Assembly (NCBI GenBank): GCA_018396535.1
Contig: JAGTQC010000002.1
Span: 205,136 to 269,135 of the forward strand
Source of the DNA: Candidatus Bathyarchaeota archaeon
GTDB lineage: Archaea > Thermoproteota > CALKCG01 > B24 > DRYS01
DNA: 64,000 nucleotides
Direction of reading: 5' to 3'
Part shown: positions 19,542-29,854 of the stretch, piece after piece
Position numbering within the stretch: position 1 is the first letter of the stretch
Layout of the letters: each line of letters opens with the position of its first letter
The notes under the pieces: model-generated
What the model saw: only the letters and a program-made list of their open reading frames with translations
What the model was told of the DNA's origin: nothing
Database searches by the model: none
Position numbers and translations under genes: made by a program

Positions 19542-20507
19542 ATGCTAGGTATGGTGGAAGCCCTCTCTAGAGAAGAGAAGCTTAGATTCTTAGAAGCTCT
19601 AGATAAGGATCTAGAATTCCGCTACGCCGTCGCAGGCTATCTAGGATTATCGGAGATCATCAAGAGATTAGACTCCATAGAGACACACATATTAAACCTC
19701 TACGAAGAGCAAACCAAGATTTGGAGCGAAATCCATAGGCTGTGGGAGAACCAGAATAGGCTATGGGAGGAGGTTAAAGCTCTTAGAGAAAACCAAGAGA
19801 AGCTGTGGGAGGGGCAGAATAGGCTATGGGAGGAGGTTAGAGAGTTGAGGGAGGGCCAAGAGAAGCTATGGGAAGGGCAGAATAGGCTATGGGAGGAGGT
19901 TAAAGCTCTTAGAGAAACCCAAGAGAAGCTGTGGGAGGAGGTTAGGGCGTTGAGAGAGGGTCAAGAGAAGCTATGGGAAGGGCAGAATAGGCTATGGGAG
20001 GAGGTTAAAGCTCTTAGAGAAACCCAAGAGAAGCTGTGGGAGGGGCAGAATAGGCTATGGGAGGAGGTTAGAGAGTTGAGGAGGGATCAGAGGAGGCTTA
20101 GAGGATCGTTCGAAGCTTTAGGTGAGGCTTTAGGCGCTACTATAGAGCATTATGCATGTGGATTTGTGAAGATTCTATTAGATGAGATGGGTTATCCAGA
20201 TGCTAGCGTAGGTAGAGGCTTCGTTCTATATCGAGGGACAGTTTACCAGGTTGATATATTCTGTGAAGATCCTTTAGTCGTAGGTGAAGCTACACTCTAC
20301 CTAAGGGATAGAGATTCTGCTATAAAAGAGTTAGAGAAGCTTGAAGCTAGGATAAAAGCCGCTGAGGAGAATACTGGTAGGAAGGCTTTGCTTAAGATCC
20401 TAGTTCTAGCTAATGCTCCTAGCGAAGTGGTGGAGTACCTTAGGGATGAATGTAGCAGAAGAGGTATTAGGTTAATGATCGGTAGGGAGCTAGAGCTAGT
20501 TACGTGA
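19542..20507 (+). CDS. Coiled-coil heptad-repeat protein with C-terminal PD-(D/E)XK-like domain (DUF3782/DUF1626-like)
   Basis: N-terminal LDKDLEFRYAVAGYLGLSEI, long LWEEVKA/LREGQEK/LWEGQNR array, C-terminal QVDIF...VGEAT. Confidence 0.85.
   Translation: MLGMVEALSREEKLRFLEALDKDLEFRYAVAGYLGLSEIIKRLDSIETHILNLYEEQTKIWSEIHRLWENQNRLWEEVKALRENQEKLWEGQNRLWEEVRELREGQEKLWEGQNRLWEEVKALRETQEKLWEEVRALREGQEKLWEGQNRLWEEVKALRETQEKLWEGQNRLWEEVRELRRDQRRLRGSFEALGEALGATIEHYACGFVKILLDEMGYPDASVGRGFVLYRGTVYQVDIFCEDPLVVGEATLYLRDRDSAIKELEKLEARIKAAEENTGRKALLKILVLANAPSEVVEYLRDECSRRGIRLMIGRELELVT
19740..20096 (+). repeat. Intragenic array of 17 x 21-nt units (three heptad types)
   Basis: Near-identical 21-mers such as ctatgggaggaggttaaagct, ctatgggaagggcagaatagg and cttagagaaacccaagagaag, mostly in 63-nt super-units. 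Confidence 0.95.
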
Positions 20508-20674
20508 AATCCTATGTTAAGGTCTACGTAGCATACAAGTCATCGATCATACATCCATGTTCTAGGGATATTACCGATAGCTTTGATATATCTCCTAACC
20601 CTGACGCCTTCCTATAGATTAGCAATGGTTAACCTTAAGATATCGTAGAATTCATATAGCAGATTTGAGGAGGG

Positions 20675-21883
20675 TTGAGGGAGCTTCATAGAGTCTCGGA
20701 TATACTATCTGAAGCCTTAGGCTATCTGAAAACTCCAGGTGAGATAGATATACCTGTAGAGGATTCTCTAGGCCGGTATTCTGCTGAAACCGTAATCTCA
20801 AGCTTCAAACTTCCACCTAAACCTAAAGCAGTTATGGATGGATATGCTGTACGAGTCGAGGATGTAGAAGCTGCATCACCTATCTCACCTATACCTCTTA
20901 AGCTTCTCGATATATCTGTTAGACCTGGTTTCGATACAGGTATAGTATTGGAGAGGGGTTCAGCTATCAAAGTTGAAACAGGTTCTCTACTACCATCTGG
21001 CGCTGATGGCGTAGTACCTGTGGAGGATGTGGTCGAGGATAATGGCGTAGTCTACGTATCGAAACGTCTAGCTAGATATGAAAATGTCTCGCTACCAGGT
21101 GAGGAATACTGTGAGGGTATAACGATAGTTTATAGGGGTTGCAGGATTACACCTCAATCTATAGCTGGACTTATACTCGAGGATAGGAGTAGGATTAGAG
21201 TTTTCGATCTTAGAGCTAGGATTCTAAACGTAGGGGATGAGATAGTTGGAGGCTTATACTTTAAGCCTTTTACACATATGTTCATAGCAGCATGGCTTAG
21301 ATGGCATGGATTCACAGTCGACGAGATATCCGTAGTAGGTGATAATGTTGAGAAGATAGCTAACTGGATCCGAGAGGATAGAGTAGGATATCTATCCATA
21401 TTGGTAGGAGGTACATCTATGGGTAGATACGATTATACGATTAAAGCTATAGAGAGAATAAAGCCTGAATACATGGTTCACGGATTCGCTATCCAACCTG
21501 GTAAGACTGCATGCCTAGCCGTCAAGGATGGGAAGCCTATACTAGCTCTAAGCGGCCTACCTGTAGCAGCTATGTCTACTCTAGAATGTGTATTGAAGCC
21601 TTTGATGAGGGGGTTAGGATTGGATATACCAGTTTACCCTAAGGTTAAAGCTACATTAACTCGTAGGATTACCGTTAAACTCGGTGTTAAATGCTTCGTA
21701 CGTGTAAAAGTCTATATGGATGGTGGTAGGTTATATGCTGAACCACTCATGACTGGCGGATCAGGAGCTCTAGCAAGCTTGCTCAAGGGTAACGGCTTCG
21801 TAGAAGTCCCAGAGGATGTAGAGGGGTTCGATGAGGGGAGTGAGGTCGAAGTTAACCTATACGGATCGGTGTCTAAGTTTTGA
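20675..21883 (+). CDS. moeA: Molybdopterin molybdotransferase MoeA (paralog 1)
   Basis: AVMDGYAV, TGSLLPSGADGVVPVED, GGTSMG, QPGK, LSGLPVA. Confidence 0.92.
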   Translation: MRELHRVSDILSEALGYLKTPGEIDIPVEDSLGRYSAETVISSFKLPPKPKAVMDGYAVRVEDVEAASPISPIPLKLLDISVRPGFDTGIVLERGSAIKVETGSLLPSGADGVVPVEDVVEDNGVVYVSKRLARYENVSLPGEEYCEGITIVYRGCRITPQSIAGLILEDRSRIRVFDLRARILNVGDEIVGGLYFKPFTHMFIAAWLRWHGFTVDEISVVGDNVEKIANWIREDRVGYLSILVGGTSMGRYDYTIKAIERIKPEYMVHGFAIQPGKTACLAVKDGKPILALSGLPVAAMSTLECVLKPLMRGLGLDIPVYPKVKATLTRRITVKLGVKCFVRVKVYMDGGRLYAEPLMTGGSGALASLLKGNGFVEVPEDVEGFDEGSEVEVNLYGSVSKF

Positions 21884-23838
21884 GTAAGCGTAAAATTTAC
21901 CGTAAGCTAGTCTCCGTAGATGAAGTTATACCGATAGTTGAGAGATACCATCCTCTAAAACCGCTCGGAGAATTAGAGATACCTCTAAACGAGGCTTTAG
22001 GTAGGGTTTTAAGCCGTAATGTATATGCGAGAGTCAACTATCCTCCATATACACGCTCGCTCATGGATGGTTATGCCGTTATAAGCGATGATCTCATAGG
22101 CGTATACGAGGATAGGCCTAAGAGATTGAGGCTTATAGGATACGTATCTACCGGGGATACGGAGATTCTAAGAATTGGTAGAGGTGAGTGTATAGAATTA
22201 TCTACAGGTGCGGTTATACCATACCCTGCGGATGCTGTTGTACCGGTAGAGTATACGCATAGAGAGGGTGACTATATAGTATTCTATAGGAGTGTAGCTA
22301 GAGGTGAGAATATCGATCATATAGGCTCCGATTTTTCTGAAGGCGAGGTTGCAGCTTGGAAGGGTGAAGTAGTTACACCTACTCTAGCATCTATGTTAGC
22401 TGCTCTAGGCGTGGATAGAGTTTATGTGTATAAACCTGTAAAAGTTGGTATACTACCTACCGGTAGAGAGATTAGAAATCTAGGTGAACCGCTAGATTAC
22501 GGTTGTATATACGATTCTAACTCCTACCTTATCTACTCTTATGCTAAGCTTATAGGTGCTGATCCTAGGATATACGGTAGAGCTTTAGATGATGAGAGCG
22601 ATGTAGAGGATAAGCTTCGTAGAGCTATGGAGGAGAATGATATAGTTGTGACGATAGGCGGTACATCCGCAGGTTTAGAAGATGTAGTTTATAGAGTTCT
22701 ATCAAAGCTTAACCCAGGCTTAATAATCCATGGCGTTAGGGAGAAGCCTGGTAGACCGTTAGCTATAGCAATCCATAGGGATAAGATAGTGTTAGGGCTA
22801 CCGGGATTCCCCCTATCATGTCTCCTAACAGTAAACCTATACCTTCTACCTATACTAGCTAAGCTTCAAGGATTCAGATCATACGAGTACAGGTATATAG
22901 ATGCATGCATAACCATACCGCTTAGAGGGGAGCCGGGTATAAGAGTCTTCATACCAGCTGTACTAGTAGAACGTGGAGGAGTGGTAAAAGCCTATCCTCT
23001 ACCAGGGCATAGCGGTAGGATATCATCCCTAAGCCTTGTAGATGGATATATAATCGTACCCGAGAACTTAGAGTATACACCACAGAATTATAGTTTGAAA
23101 GTTCTGGTAAACCCATTCTGGAAGCCTTACGATATAAATATTATCGGTAGCCATGATCCTCTACTACAGCATATAGTAGGCTACATATCCTCAACTGAGA
23201 ATATACGTATGCTTAACGTAGGTAGTATGACTGGATTACATATGATTAAGATGGGTATAGCGGATATAGCTGGAACACATCTACTAGACTACGAAACTAG
23301 GGAGTATAATATACCGTTTGTTAGGAAGCTAGGCTTAAACAATATAATACTTATCAGAGGCTATCTACGTGAACAAGGCTTCGTGTATAGGAGTGGTATA
23401 GGATGCATAACATCTATAGGAGATATAATTGATAAAAGCTTAAACTTCGTTAATAGGAATCCAGGTAGCGGTACTAGAATTCTAGTAGATCTACTATTAG
23501 AGGAGGAGGCTAGAAGGAGAGGGTTAGAAATAGATGAGCTGAAGAATATGGTTAGAGGATACAACTTCGAAGTGAAAACACATGAGGCTGTAGCATACAT
23601 CGTATCCAAGGGTATAGCAGATGTAGGTGTAGCTATCAGGTATGTAGCAGAGAGGTACAATCTAGCTTTCACTCATATAAACTACGAAAGATATGATCTA
23701 GTAGTTAGAAAGGATTCACTAGGAAAAAATATTGCTAGACAACTCGTAGAACAGATAGATAGATTAGCATCTAGATTCATAGAATATTTTCCAGGATACA
23801 AGATAGACGATAAGATAGGAGAGAAAATCGAGTTCTAA
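21880..23838 (+). CDS. moeA: MoeA fused to a C-terminal periplasmic-binding-protein-like domain (paralog 2)
   Basis: SLMDGYAV, GGTSAG, KPGRP, GLPGFPLS; C-terminal GSHD, VGSMTGL, VNRNPGSGTR, THEAVA. Confidence 0.92.
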   Translation: MSKRKIYRKLVSVDEVIPIVERYHPLKPLGELEIPLNEALGRVLSRNVYARVNYPPYTRSLMDGYAVISDDLIGVYEDRPKRLRLIGYVSTGDTEILRIGRGECIELSTGAVIPYPADAVVPVEYTHREGDYIVFYRSVARGENIDHIGSDFSEGEVAAWKGEVVTPTLASMLAALGVDRVYVYKPVKVGILPTGREIRNLGEPLDYGCIYDSNSYLIYSYAKLIGADPRIYGRALDDESDVEDKLRRAMEENDIVVTIGGTSAGLEDVVYRVLSKLNPGLIIHGVREKPGRPLAIAIHRDKIVLGLPGFPLSCLLTVNLYLLPILAKLQGFRSYEYRYIDACITIPLRGEPGIRVFIPAVLVERGGVVKAYPLPGHSGRISSLSLVDGYIIVPENLEYTPQNYSLKVLVNPFWKPYDINIIGSHDPLLQHIVGYISSTENIRMLNVGSMTGLHMIKMGIADIAGTHLLDYETREYNIPFVRKLGLNNIILIRGYLREQGFVYRSGIGCITSIGDIIDKSLNFVNRNPGSGTRILVDLLLEEEARRRGLEIDELKNMVRGYNFEVKTHEAVAYIVSKGIADVGVAIRYVAERYNLAFTHINYERYDLVVRKDSLGKNIARQLVEQIDRLASRFIEYFPGYKIDDKIGEKIEF

Positions 23839-24102
23839 AATGATGCTCTACGAATACGGTATGCAGCTACCTAGAATCAATGTATGAGGTTAAATATGAC
23901 AGCAACCTGGATCCTAAATCTTTACTAAACCTTAAGCTAGCCAAAATCTAGCTTAACCTATAAAATCGTAAAGCGTATCTTAACTAATAGTGTAAGCACA
24001 TATACGAATACTCCCACATGGTAGTCAACCTATGTAGTAGAATAGCATACGTATATACCTATGTATAAACTTATATAGCACTCTAACACTTCTTGAAGAA
24101 AC

Positions 24103-24483
24103 GTGAAGCATAAATCTTCACTAAGAGATATAGTTGAGGATACTTTTCGTAAAGCTTTATCATCCAGCTTTAGTATGGAGTTCTACCGGATTTTCGTTTT
24201 CTATATGAATAAAAGTTTGAATAAAGATTTATTCGAAACTTTTCTAGATGATCCTACTTACATCTATAATAAAGTTGAGGAAATCTACGGGTTTGGCGCA
24301 GTATTCATATTCAAAGTTATATACATCTATATTAGAGCTAAGATAGGGTTAGATCTATCCTTTGATAGCTTCCTAGATATCGTTAAGAGTGGTGATAGAG
24401 AAGCTTTGAGGAAGATCTTCGCTAATCTATCCGAGATTAGTAGATATAACGATCCATATATACAGAATAGATTAGGGGGCTGA
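24103..24483 (+). CDS. Small helical protein, DUF3227/NitrOD5-like, upstream of a KaiC-like ATPase
   Basis: Pattern resembling 53505..53831 (DPTYIYNKVEEIYGFGA vs DPCRVHDALVRILGDGA); ends 2 nt before the ATPase gene. Confidence 0.6.
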   Translation: MKHKSSLRDIVEDTFRKALSSSFSMEFYRIFVFYMNKSLNKDLFETFLDDPTYIYNKVEEIYGFGAVFIFKVIYIYIRAKIGLDLSFDSFLDIVKSGDREALRKIFANLSEISRYNDPYIQNRLGG

Positions 24484-24485
24484 AC

Positions 24486-25916
24486 ATGCTTACCGGACTT
24501 ACACCTACAGGTTTGGATGGGATCGATAAGGTTTTAGGAGGATTCCCGAAAGGTGGGTTAATAGTATTAGCTGGACAGCCGGGTACTGGTAAAACTATAC
24601 TCTCAGCTAAGATTCTATACGAGGGAGGGGTTAGGTATAGCGAGCCTGGAATCTATGCTAGCTTCACGGAGGATAAGCATAGATTCTACTCTAATATGAG
24701 AGGTTTAGGTTTAGATTTTGAAGAACTTGAAAATAGAGGGCTTTTCGCATACTTAGATCTAATACCTGTAGGTAGGCTTGGCGTATCTAGCATAGCTGAG
24801 TTTATAATAGATACGGTCGATAAGCTGAAGGCTAGGAGGCTTGTAATAGATTCATTCTCAGCTCTAGCCCAAAACTTCAGGGATGAAGCTGAACTACGTA
24901 TATTCACTCATAACGTTTTGTATAGGATATGTAGGAATATGGATTGTACTACCATACTCATAGAGGAGATACCTATCGGAGCTGAACGTATCGGATTCGG
25001 GGTTGAAGAATTCATAGCAGATGCAACGGTTATCCTTAGAAAAAGACTATTCGATGAGAGGATTCTAAGAGAGCTCGAGATAGTGAAACTTAGGAATGTA
25101 GAGCTTAAGGAGTATAGATTCATCTTCACGTTAAGTAGTGGTGTAAGAGTATACCCGCCGTTTAAGCTTCCTACCTACGATAAGCATAGACTCGCATATC
25201 CTCCAAATGATCCATCAGGTAATATGTACTCTACAGGTGTAAGAGATCTAGATAGGATTTTAGGAGGATATCCTAGAGGATCGACTATAGTAATGGAGGT
25301 TGATCCTAAGGTAGAGGATAACGTATACCGGCTAGGTCTACTACTCCCGGTGGTATACAGCTTTATGGAGAAGCATAGGCCTATCCTTATCATCCCATCG
25401 CTGAATACATCCTTCGAAGAAATCCTTTCGTATAATAGGTATATTGGGTATAGAGATGAAGTTATCGAAGAATTATTGAGAGTTGTAGGATTAGGGTTAA
25501 GAGGTGAGGAGCATCGATGTTTAATCAATCTCGAAGGTAGAGATATAGATGAGGATTATGGTATACTCGTAAATCGTCTAGATCAGTTTATGAGGGGGAG
25601 GGGGCCTCCGTTAGCTATAATAGGGTTAGATAGCTTGATAGCTAGGTATGGTTTAGAGGATTCTATCAGAATGGTTAGTCTAAGCATACATGAGACTATG
25701 AAGGTTGGAGGTTTATGTATAATCATAGCAAAGCCGGTATATAGGTATAGGAGAGTTGTGGAAGTCCTACCAGCGATATCTACTATGCATTTAAAGCTTA
25801 GTAGAGAGCATGGAGTATACCTACTCTATGGTGTGAAACCTAGAACAGGGCTATACGTTATGGATATAGATGTATCCGATAACCTTATCGAAACTAGGTT
25901 AACGCCTATGAGGTAG
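24486..25916 (+). CDS. KaiC/RAD55/GvpD-like two-domain RecA-fold ATPase
   Basis: PTGLDGIDKVLGGFPKG, GQPGTGKT, LVIDS, EEFIAD, KLRN; second domain STGVRDLDRILGGYPRG lacks Walker A. Confidence 0.9.
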   Translation: MLTGLTPTGLDGIDKVLGGFPKGGLIVLAGQPGTGKTILSAKILYEGGVRYSEPGIYASFTEDKHRFYSNMRGLGLDFEELENRGLFAYLDLIPVGRLGVSSIAEFIIDTVDKLKARRLVIDSFSALAQNFRDEAELRIFTHNVLYRICRNMDCTTILIEEIPIGAERIGFGVEEFIADATVILRKRLFDERILRELEIVKLRNVELKEYRFIFTLSSGVRVYPPFKLPTYDKHRLAYPPNDPSGNMYSTGVRDLDRILGGYPRGSTIVMEVDPKVEDNVYRLGLLLPVVYSFMEKHRPILIIPSLNTSFEEILSYNRYIGYRDEVIEELLRVVGLGLRGEEHRCLINLEGRDIDEDYGILVNRLDQFMRGRGPPLAIIGLDSLIARYGLEDSIRMVSLSIHETMKVGGLCIIIAKPVYRYRRVVEVLPAISTMHLKLSREHGVYLLYGVKPRTGLYVMDIDVSDNLIETRLTPMR

Positions 25917-25917
25917 C

Positions 25918-27825
25918 CTACTCCCATGGAAGCTTCCAATGTATAAGATCTGGTATACCCCCATATCTCTCGCTATCTGCTATAGTAAAGTATGCTTCTA
26001 ACGGTCTACTACTTCTCAAAAGCTTTATCGCTACCTGATTCCATCCGCTTCTAAGCTTTGCATCAGTATAGTTCGATCTATCTCCACTATAGTTTGGTCT
26101 TAGAGGTACTGGTTTAACTGTCTCATGGATAATTGATCCGTTCAGCCACAGCTTCATAATACTATTATTCGGTACACCTATCCTAACCCTACGCTCAGAC
26201 TGTGAGTATATGAAGTGTCTTAGATATATTATACCAGGCTTCCCTTTGAAGAAACGTTCTACTTCAAGCCTACTCTCAGACCATAACTCTATCCTCCAGC
26301 CATCACCTATATCGTATAGATCTACATCATCCTCAGGTGGTAGGTATGTATCTATAGATAAATCTCCATAGAATACATCGGATATAAGCCATACATATCC
26401 TCCTACAAAGTTTACCGGTATACCTATAACTCCAGGTCTACCAACTAGATCGATATCTACGAGGCATTTATTCGATGAACATATACTACCACTATAAGCT
26501 TTAACCGTGAAGATCGTATCTGCAACACCCTTACCAGGTATATCTAGGTTTACGAGAGTATGGGGATCTAGGATCCATCCATCTGGTGTATGAACCTTTA
26601 CCCTAGCAGATACTGGTATACTCCTAAGATTCTCTACAGATACCTTAAACCTATTAGGTATACCTGGTAGTATAGCTGGTCCATCGAGATAGGCTACATA
26701 GACCCTTATACTATTAGAGTAGAATTCAATCCTATCGTATGGTATACTCCATAGGCCTCTCACACTCTCTAGCTTAGATTCTATAATCCTCTCCGCATCT
26801 TCGAAATGATCTGTATCAGATATCTCGATAGATGTATCGAAATATGATATTACTCTCCTACCTATACTACATACCTCGTATGTAAGTTCTCCTAAACTCG
26901 ATGGTATACAGATATTTGCTATACCACTACTAACAGTTATAGTATCACCTAGAGGATCTATCCACTCCCTAGGTAGCCTACTCCTACCGTAGATTATACC
27001 CCATATAGCTCCGACGGTAGCCCCCGTACAATCAGTATCCCATCCACAATTCACAGCTTTACATATAGCATCACCGAAATCCCTACCATATAGTAGACCT
27101 ATAGTCTGGAATCCGAGATTTATAGGAGAATACTGCGCTACAGGATGGTATACCATCCTCCTAACATACTCACGAGCATCCATCCAATCCAATCCATCTA
27201 GGTATGCATCTAAAGCAGCTTCCACAGCTTTAGCAGTTTTCGAATCCTCTGGTATAGCTTTCAAACCTATCTCAACAAGCTTAACCCTATCGCTGATTAC
27301 GAAAGCTGAAGATTCCAAGACGGTATTGAATACCTCTCCATATACAGATTCACCTCCTGCATGATCGCATATAGCATCCTGATACGCATACCTTGCAGCT
27401 ATATCTGGAGCTCCAGGAGCTATGCAAGCCCATATCTCAGATCTTATAGGGCTACCCATACAATCCTTAAACCAGTTATCGTATAATCCAGAGATAGGCG
27501 GTATAAGACCCCTCCTAAGATTCATCCTACAGAAGCCATACTCATCCGGATTATAGAGTATACAATCTAGCCAATACTCAGCTAGATCTCGAGCTGATAA
27601 TAGTATACCTCTATCCTTTAAAGCTTGAAGCCATACAAGCTGGATCTCCAAATCATCGTTAGGTATACCACCCTCAACTATACGTGGATACCACCATACA
27701 TTAAACATCTCATCCCTCCCATATATATCCTCTAACGGTCCTCCAAGAGTCCCCCCAGCATTCTTACCGAGCCAGCATCCATATACCTTATCCATATAGG
27801 TATACCAACTAATCTTTAACACCAT
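25918..27825 (-). CDS. ADP-ribosylglycohydrolase family protein with C-terminal beta-sandwich domains
   Basis: GCWLGKNAGGTLGGPLE, PNDDL, GSPIRSEIW, AVNCGWDTDCTGATVG; start placed at ATG 27825. Confidence 0.88.
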   Translation of the reverse strand: MVLKISWYTYMDKVYGCWLGKNAGGTLGGPLEDIYGRDEMFNVWWYPRIVEGGIPNDDLEIQLVWLQALKDRGILLSARDLAEYWLDCILYNPDEYGFCRMNLRRGLIPPISGLYDNWFKDCMGSPIRSEIWACIAPGAPDIAARYAYQDAICDHAGGESVYGEVFNTVLESSAFVISDRVKLVEIGLKAIPEDSKTAKAVEAALDAYLDGLDWMDAREYVRRMVYHPVAQYSPINLGFQTIGLLYGRDFGDAICKAVNCGWDTDCTGATVGAIWGIIYGRSRLPREWIDPLGDTITVSSGIANICIPSSLGELTYEVCSIGRRVISYFDTSIEISDTDHFEDAERIIESKLESVRGLWSIPYDRIEFYSNSIRVYVAYLDGPAILPGIPNRFKVSVENLRSIPVSARVKVHTPDGWILDPHTLVNLDIPGKGVADTIFTVKAYSGSICSSNKCLVDIDLVGRPGVIGIPVNFVGGYVWLISDVFYGDLSIDTYLPPEDDVDLYDIGDGWRIELWSESRLEVERFFKGKPGIIYLRHFIYSQSERRVRIGVPNNSIMKLWLNGSIIHETVKPVPLRPNYSGDRSNYTDAKLRSGWNQVAIKLLRSSRPLEAYFTIADSERYGGIPDLIHWKLPWE

Positions 27826-27921
27826 ACATCGCTCCCATAGATACCTATCCGATCCGACATTTATCAATGTTAGTTTTCTATCAACCCTATCTAGATAGTC
27901 TATCTAAGTATTAAACATACT

Positions 27922-29019
27922 ATGCTAAATTCTTTAAACCCTCCTGATCAACTAAGATTTATCTCGGTGGTTTATTTGAATAGCGATGCTATAAGGGTTG
28001 GTATAGATGGTCTGGGTAGGAGTGGATGGAATATTCATGCACGTATTTTCGAAGAGCTATCTGATATGTATAGAGTTGTAGGTGTATGCGATCCGATAAG
28101 GGAGAGGAGGATGGAGGCTTACGCTAAATTCGGTTGCCGTATATACGATGATTTCGATGATCTAATAGGAGATGATGAGATCGAGCTTATAGTTGTAGCT
28201 ACACCTAGCTATCTACATGCATCCCATACCATAGCTGCTCTAGAATCTGGTAAAGATGTGGTATGCGAGAAGCCTATGGCTTCAAACCTATCTGAAGCCG
28301 ATGCTATGATAGAAGCCTCTCGTAGAACTGGTAGACTCCTAACGGTATTCCATAACAGCTTATTCGCTCCAGACTATCTAAAGGTTATGGAGATAATAGA
28401 ATCTGGTAAACTTGGAAAAATACTACTAGTTAAGATATACAGCCATACATTCGGTAGACGATGGGATTGGCAGACTCTTAGAAAGTTTGGTGGAGGAGAA
28501 CTTAGAAATAACGGTGTACACTTGATAGCTCAAGCATTACAGATAATAGGCGATAGAGATGTGGAAGTATTCTGCGATCTAAGAAGAGCATTAACCCTAG
28601 GAGATGCTGAGGATCACGTGAAACTAGTACTGAAAGCAGATGATTCACCCCTAATAGATATAGAGGTTACGAGAGCATGCGCATACCCACAATACAAGTG
28701 GCTGGTTATGGGTACACAAGGAGGATTGGTAGGGGATTCCAATATCATAAGATGCAAGTACTTCGATCCTAGAGAACTACCACCTAGACAAGTCGAGATA
28801 GAGCCAACACCAGATCGTAGCTACAATCGTGAAGAAATACCGTGGAGAGAAGAGGAGCATCATATAGGAGTGGAAGCCGGATCTAGCGGCGTAGCCTTCT
28901 ATAAGAAGCTATACGAAACCATAAGATACGGAGCACCACCACCAGTCCCGCTAGAACTACCACGTAAGGTTATGTGGATAATAGATAGATGCTTCAAACT
29001 AGTCGGAAACCTATCATAA
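27922..29019 (+). CDS. Gfo/Idh/MocA family oxidoreductase (true start probably about 27976)
   Basis: GLGRSG, VATPSYLH, CEKPMA, GGGELRNNGVH, AEDH. Confidence 0.92.
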   Translation: MLNSLNPPDQLRFISVVYLNSDAIRVGIDGLGRSGWNIHARIFEELSDMYRVVGVCDPIRERRMEAYAKFGCRIYDDFDDLIGDDEIELIVVATPSYLHASHTIAALESGKDVVCEKPMASNLSEADAMIEASRRTGRLLTVFHNSLFAPDYLKVMEIIESGKLGKILLVKIYSHTFGRRWDWQTLRKFGGGELRNNGVHLIAQALQIIGDRDVEVFCDLRRALTLGDAEDHVKLVLKADDSPLIDIEVTRACAYPQYKWLVMGTQGGLVGDSNIIRCKYFDPRELPPRQVEIEPTPDRSYNREEIPWREEEHHIGVEAGSSGVAFYKKLYETIRYGAPPPVPLELPRKVMWIIDRCFKLVGNLS

Positions 29020-29129
29020 CATATCATCGAGCAACCACGACTATACTCTTCCACGAACCATTACCCAACTCTAGATGGAAAACTTAAATCCTCCTAAACC
29101 TATCTAGCAACCCCCTACGCCCCAGATTC

Positions 29130-29400
29130 CTAGAATACTTCCATAAGCTCTATTACGGATCTTACCTTAAACTCCACATAGCTGTAATCCTTAGATACTA
29201 GAATCGCTTGATATGCTACGATGATGACTGATAACTCTGCAACCCTGCAAGCCTAAGATAAGCCATACTAGCAGCTTCCTAATAGCTCTCCGAAAACAGG
29301 TATATATTCATCTCGTTAGAAATGCTTCTAGAAACAGTATAATCACAGCTATCTTCCAAGCCTAGATGAAAACATATGGATACCAGCTTTATGAAGCTAA
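29130..29400 (-). pseudogene. Possible decayed HAD-hydrolase-like fragments
   Basis: Broken minus-strand frames read HLGLEDSCDYTVS and QAILVSKD...KVRSVIELMEVF*, reminiscent of HAD C-termini; weak. Confidence 0.2.
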
Positions 29401-29854
29401 TCTAGACTCAGCTACGTTATCTAAAGCAGATGGTAGCGGACATAGTATATGTAAGCCTACTAGGAATTAATATCGAGAGTAAGTTCAAGTTCTACTAAGA
29501 CTTTCACATGAAGCCTCATATAGCTATCTATACTCGTCTCGGCTATATAGGTTAACGCCTCCTTCATAATCCCGGTAAGTACGCTCATCATTCCGAATAC
29601 CCCAGTCATATCGATATAGCTGCTAACATAGCTTATACTATAAGGGAGGCCTAGAGTTTAAGATTACCATAAACTATGATATTATCCCAACCATAACAGT
29701 TCTACACTAAAAATAGCCCTAGGCTAGGTATAAAAGATACAAAAATATACGTTACGTTCGTTACGTTCTATTAAAGCTGAGGGGTTATAGGTTAACCATA
29801 GATAAACCCTACCATCTACTAGAGAATTTCCATAGCGAAGGCTACTAATACTCT

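Noticed and set aside
19740-20096. Repeat array as a possible CRISPR
   Set aside because: Units are in-frame 21-nt multiples with no unique spacers, inside a CDS, and there are no cas genes.
23932-23956. 9-bp inverted repeat TTAAGCTAG-N7-CTAGCTTAA
   Set aside because: Built from words (AGCT, CTAG) that saturate this genome; likely chance and no U-tract follows.
24486-25916. Gas vesicle or circadian clock function
   Set aside because: No gvpA or kaiB nearby; this ATPase family is widespread in archaea without those systems.
29215-29600. Possible C/D-box sRNAs (ATGATGA at 29221 on plus and ~29592 on minus)
   Set aside because: No CTGA D box at a proper guide distance, and no target I can recognise.
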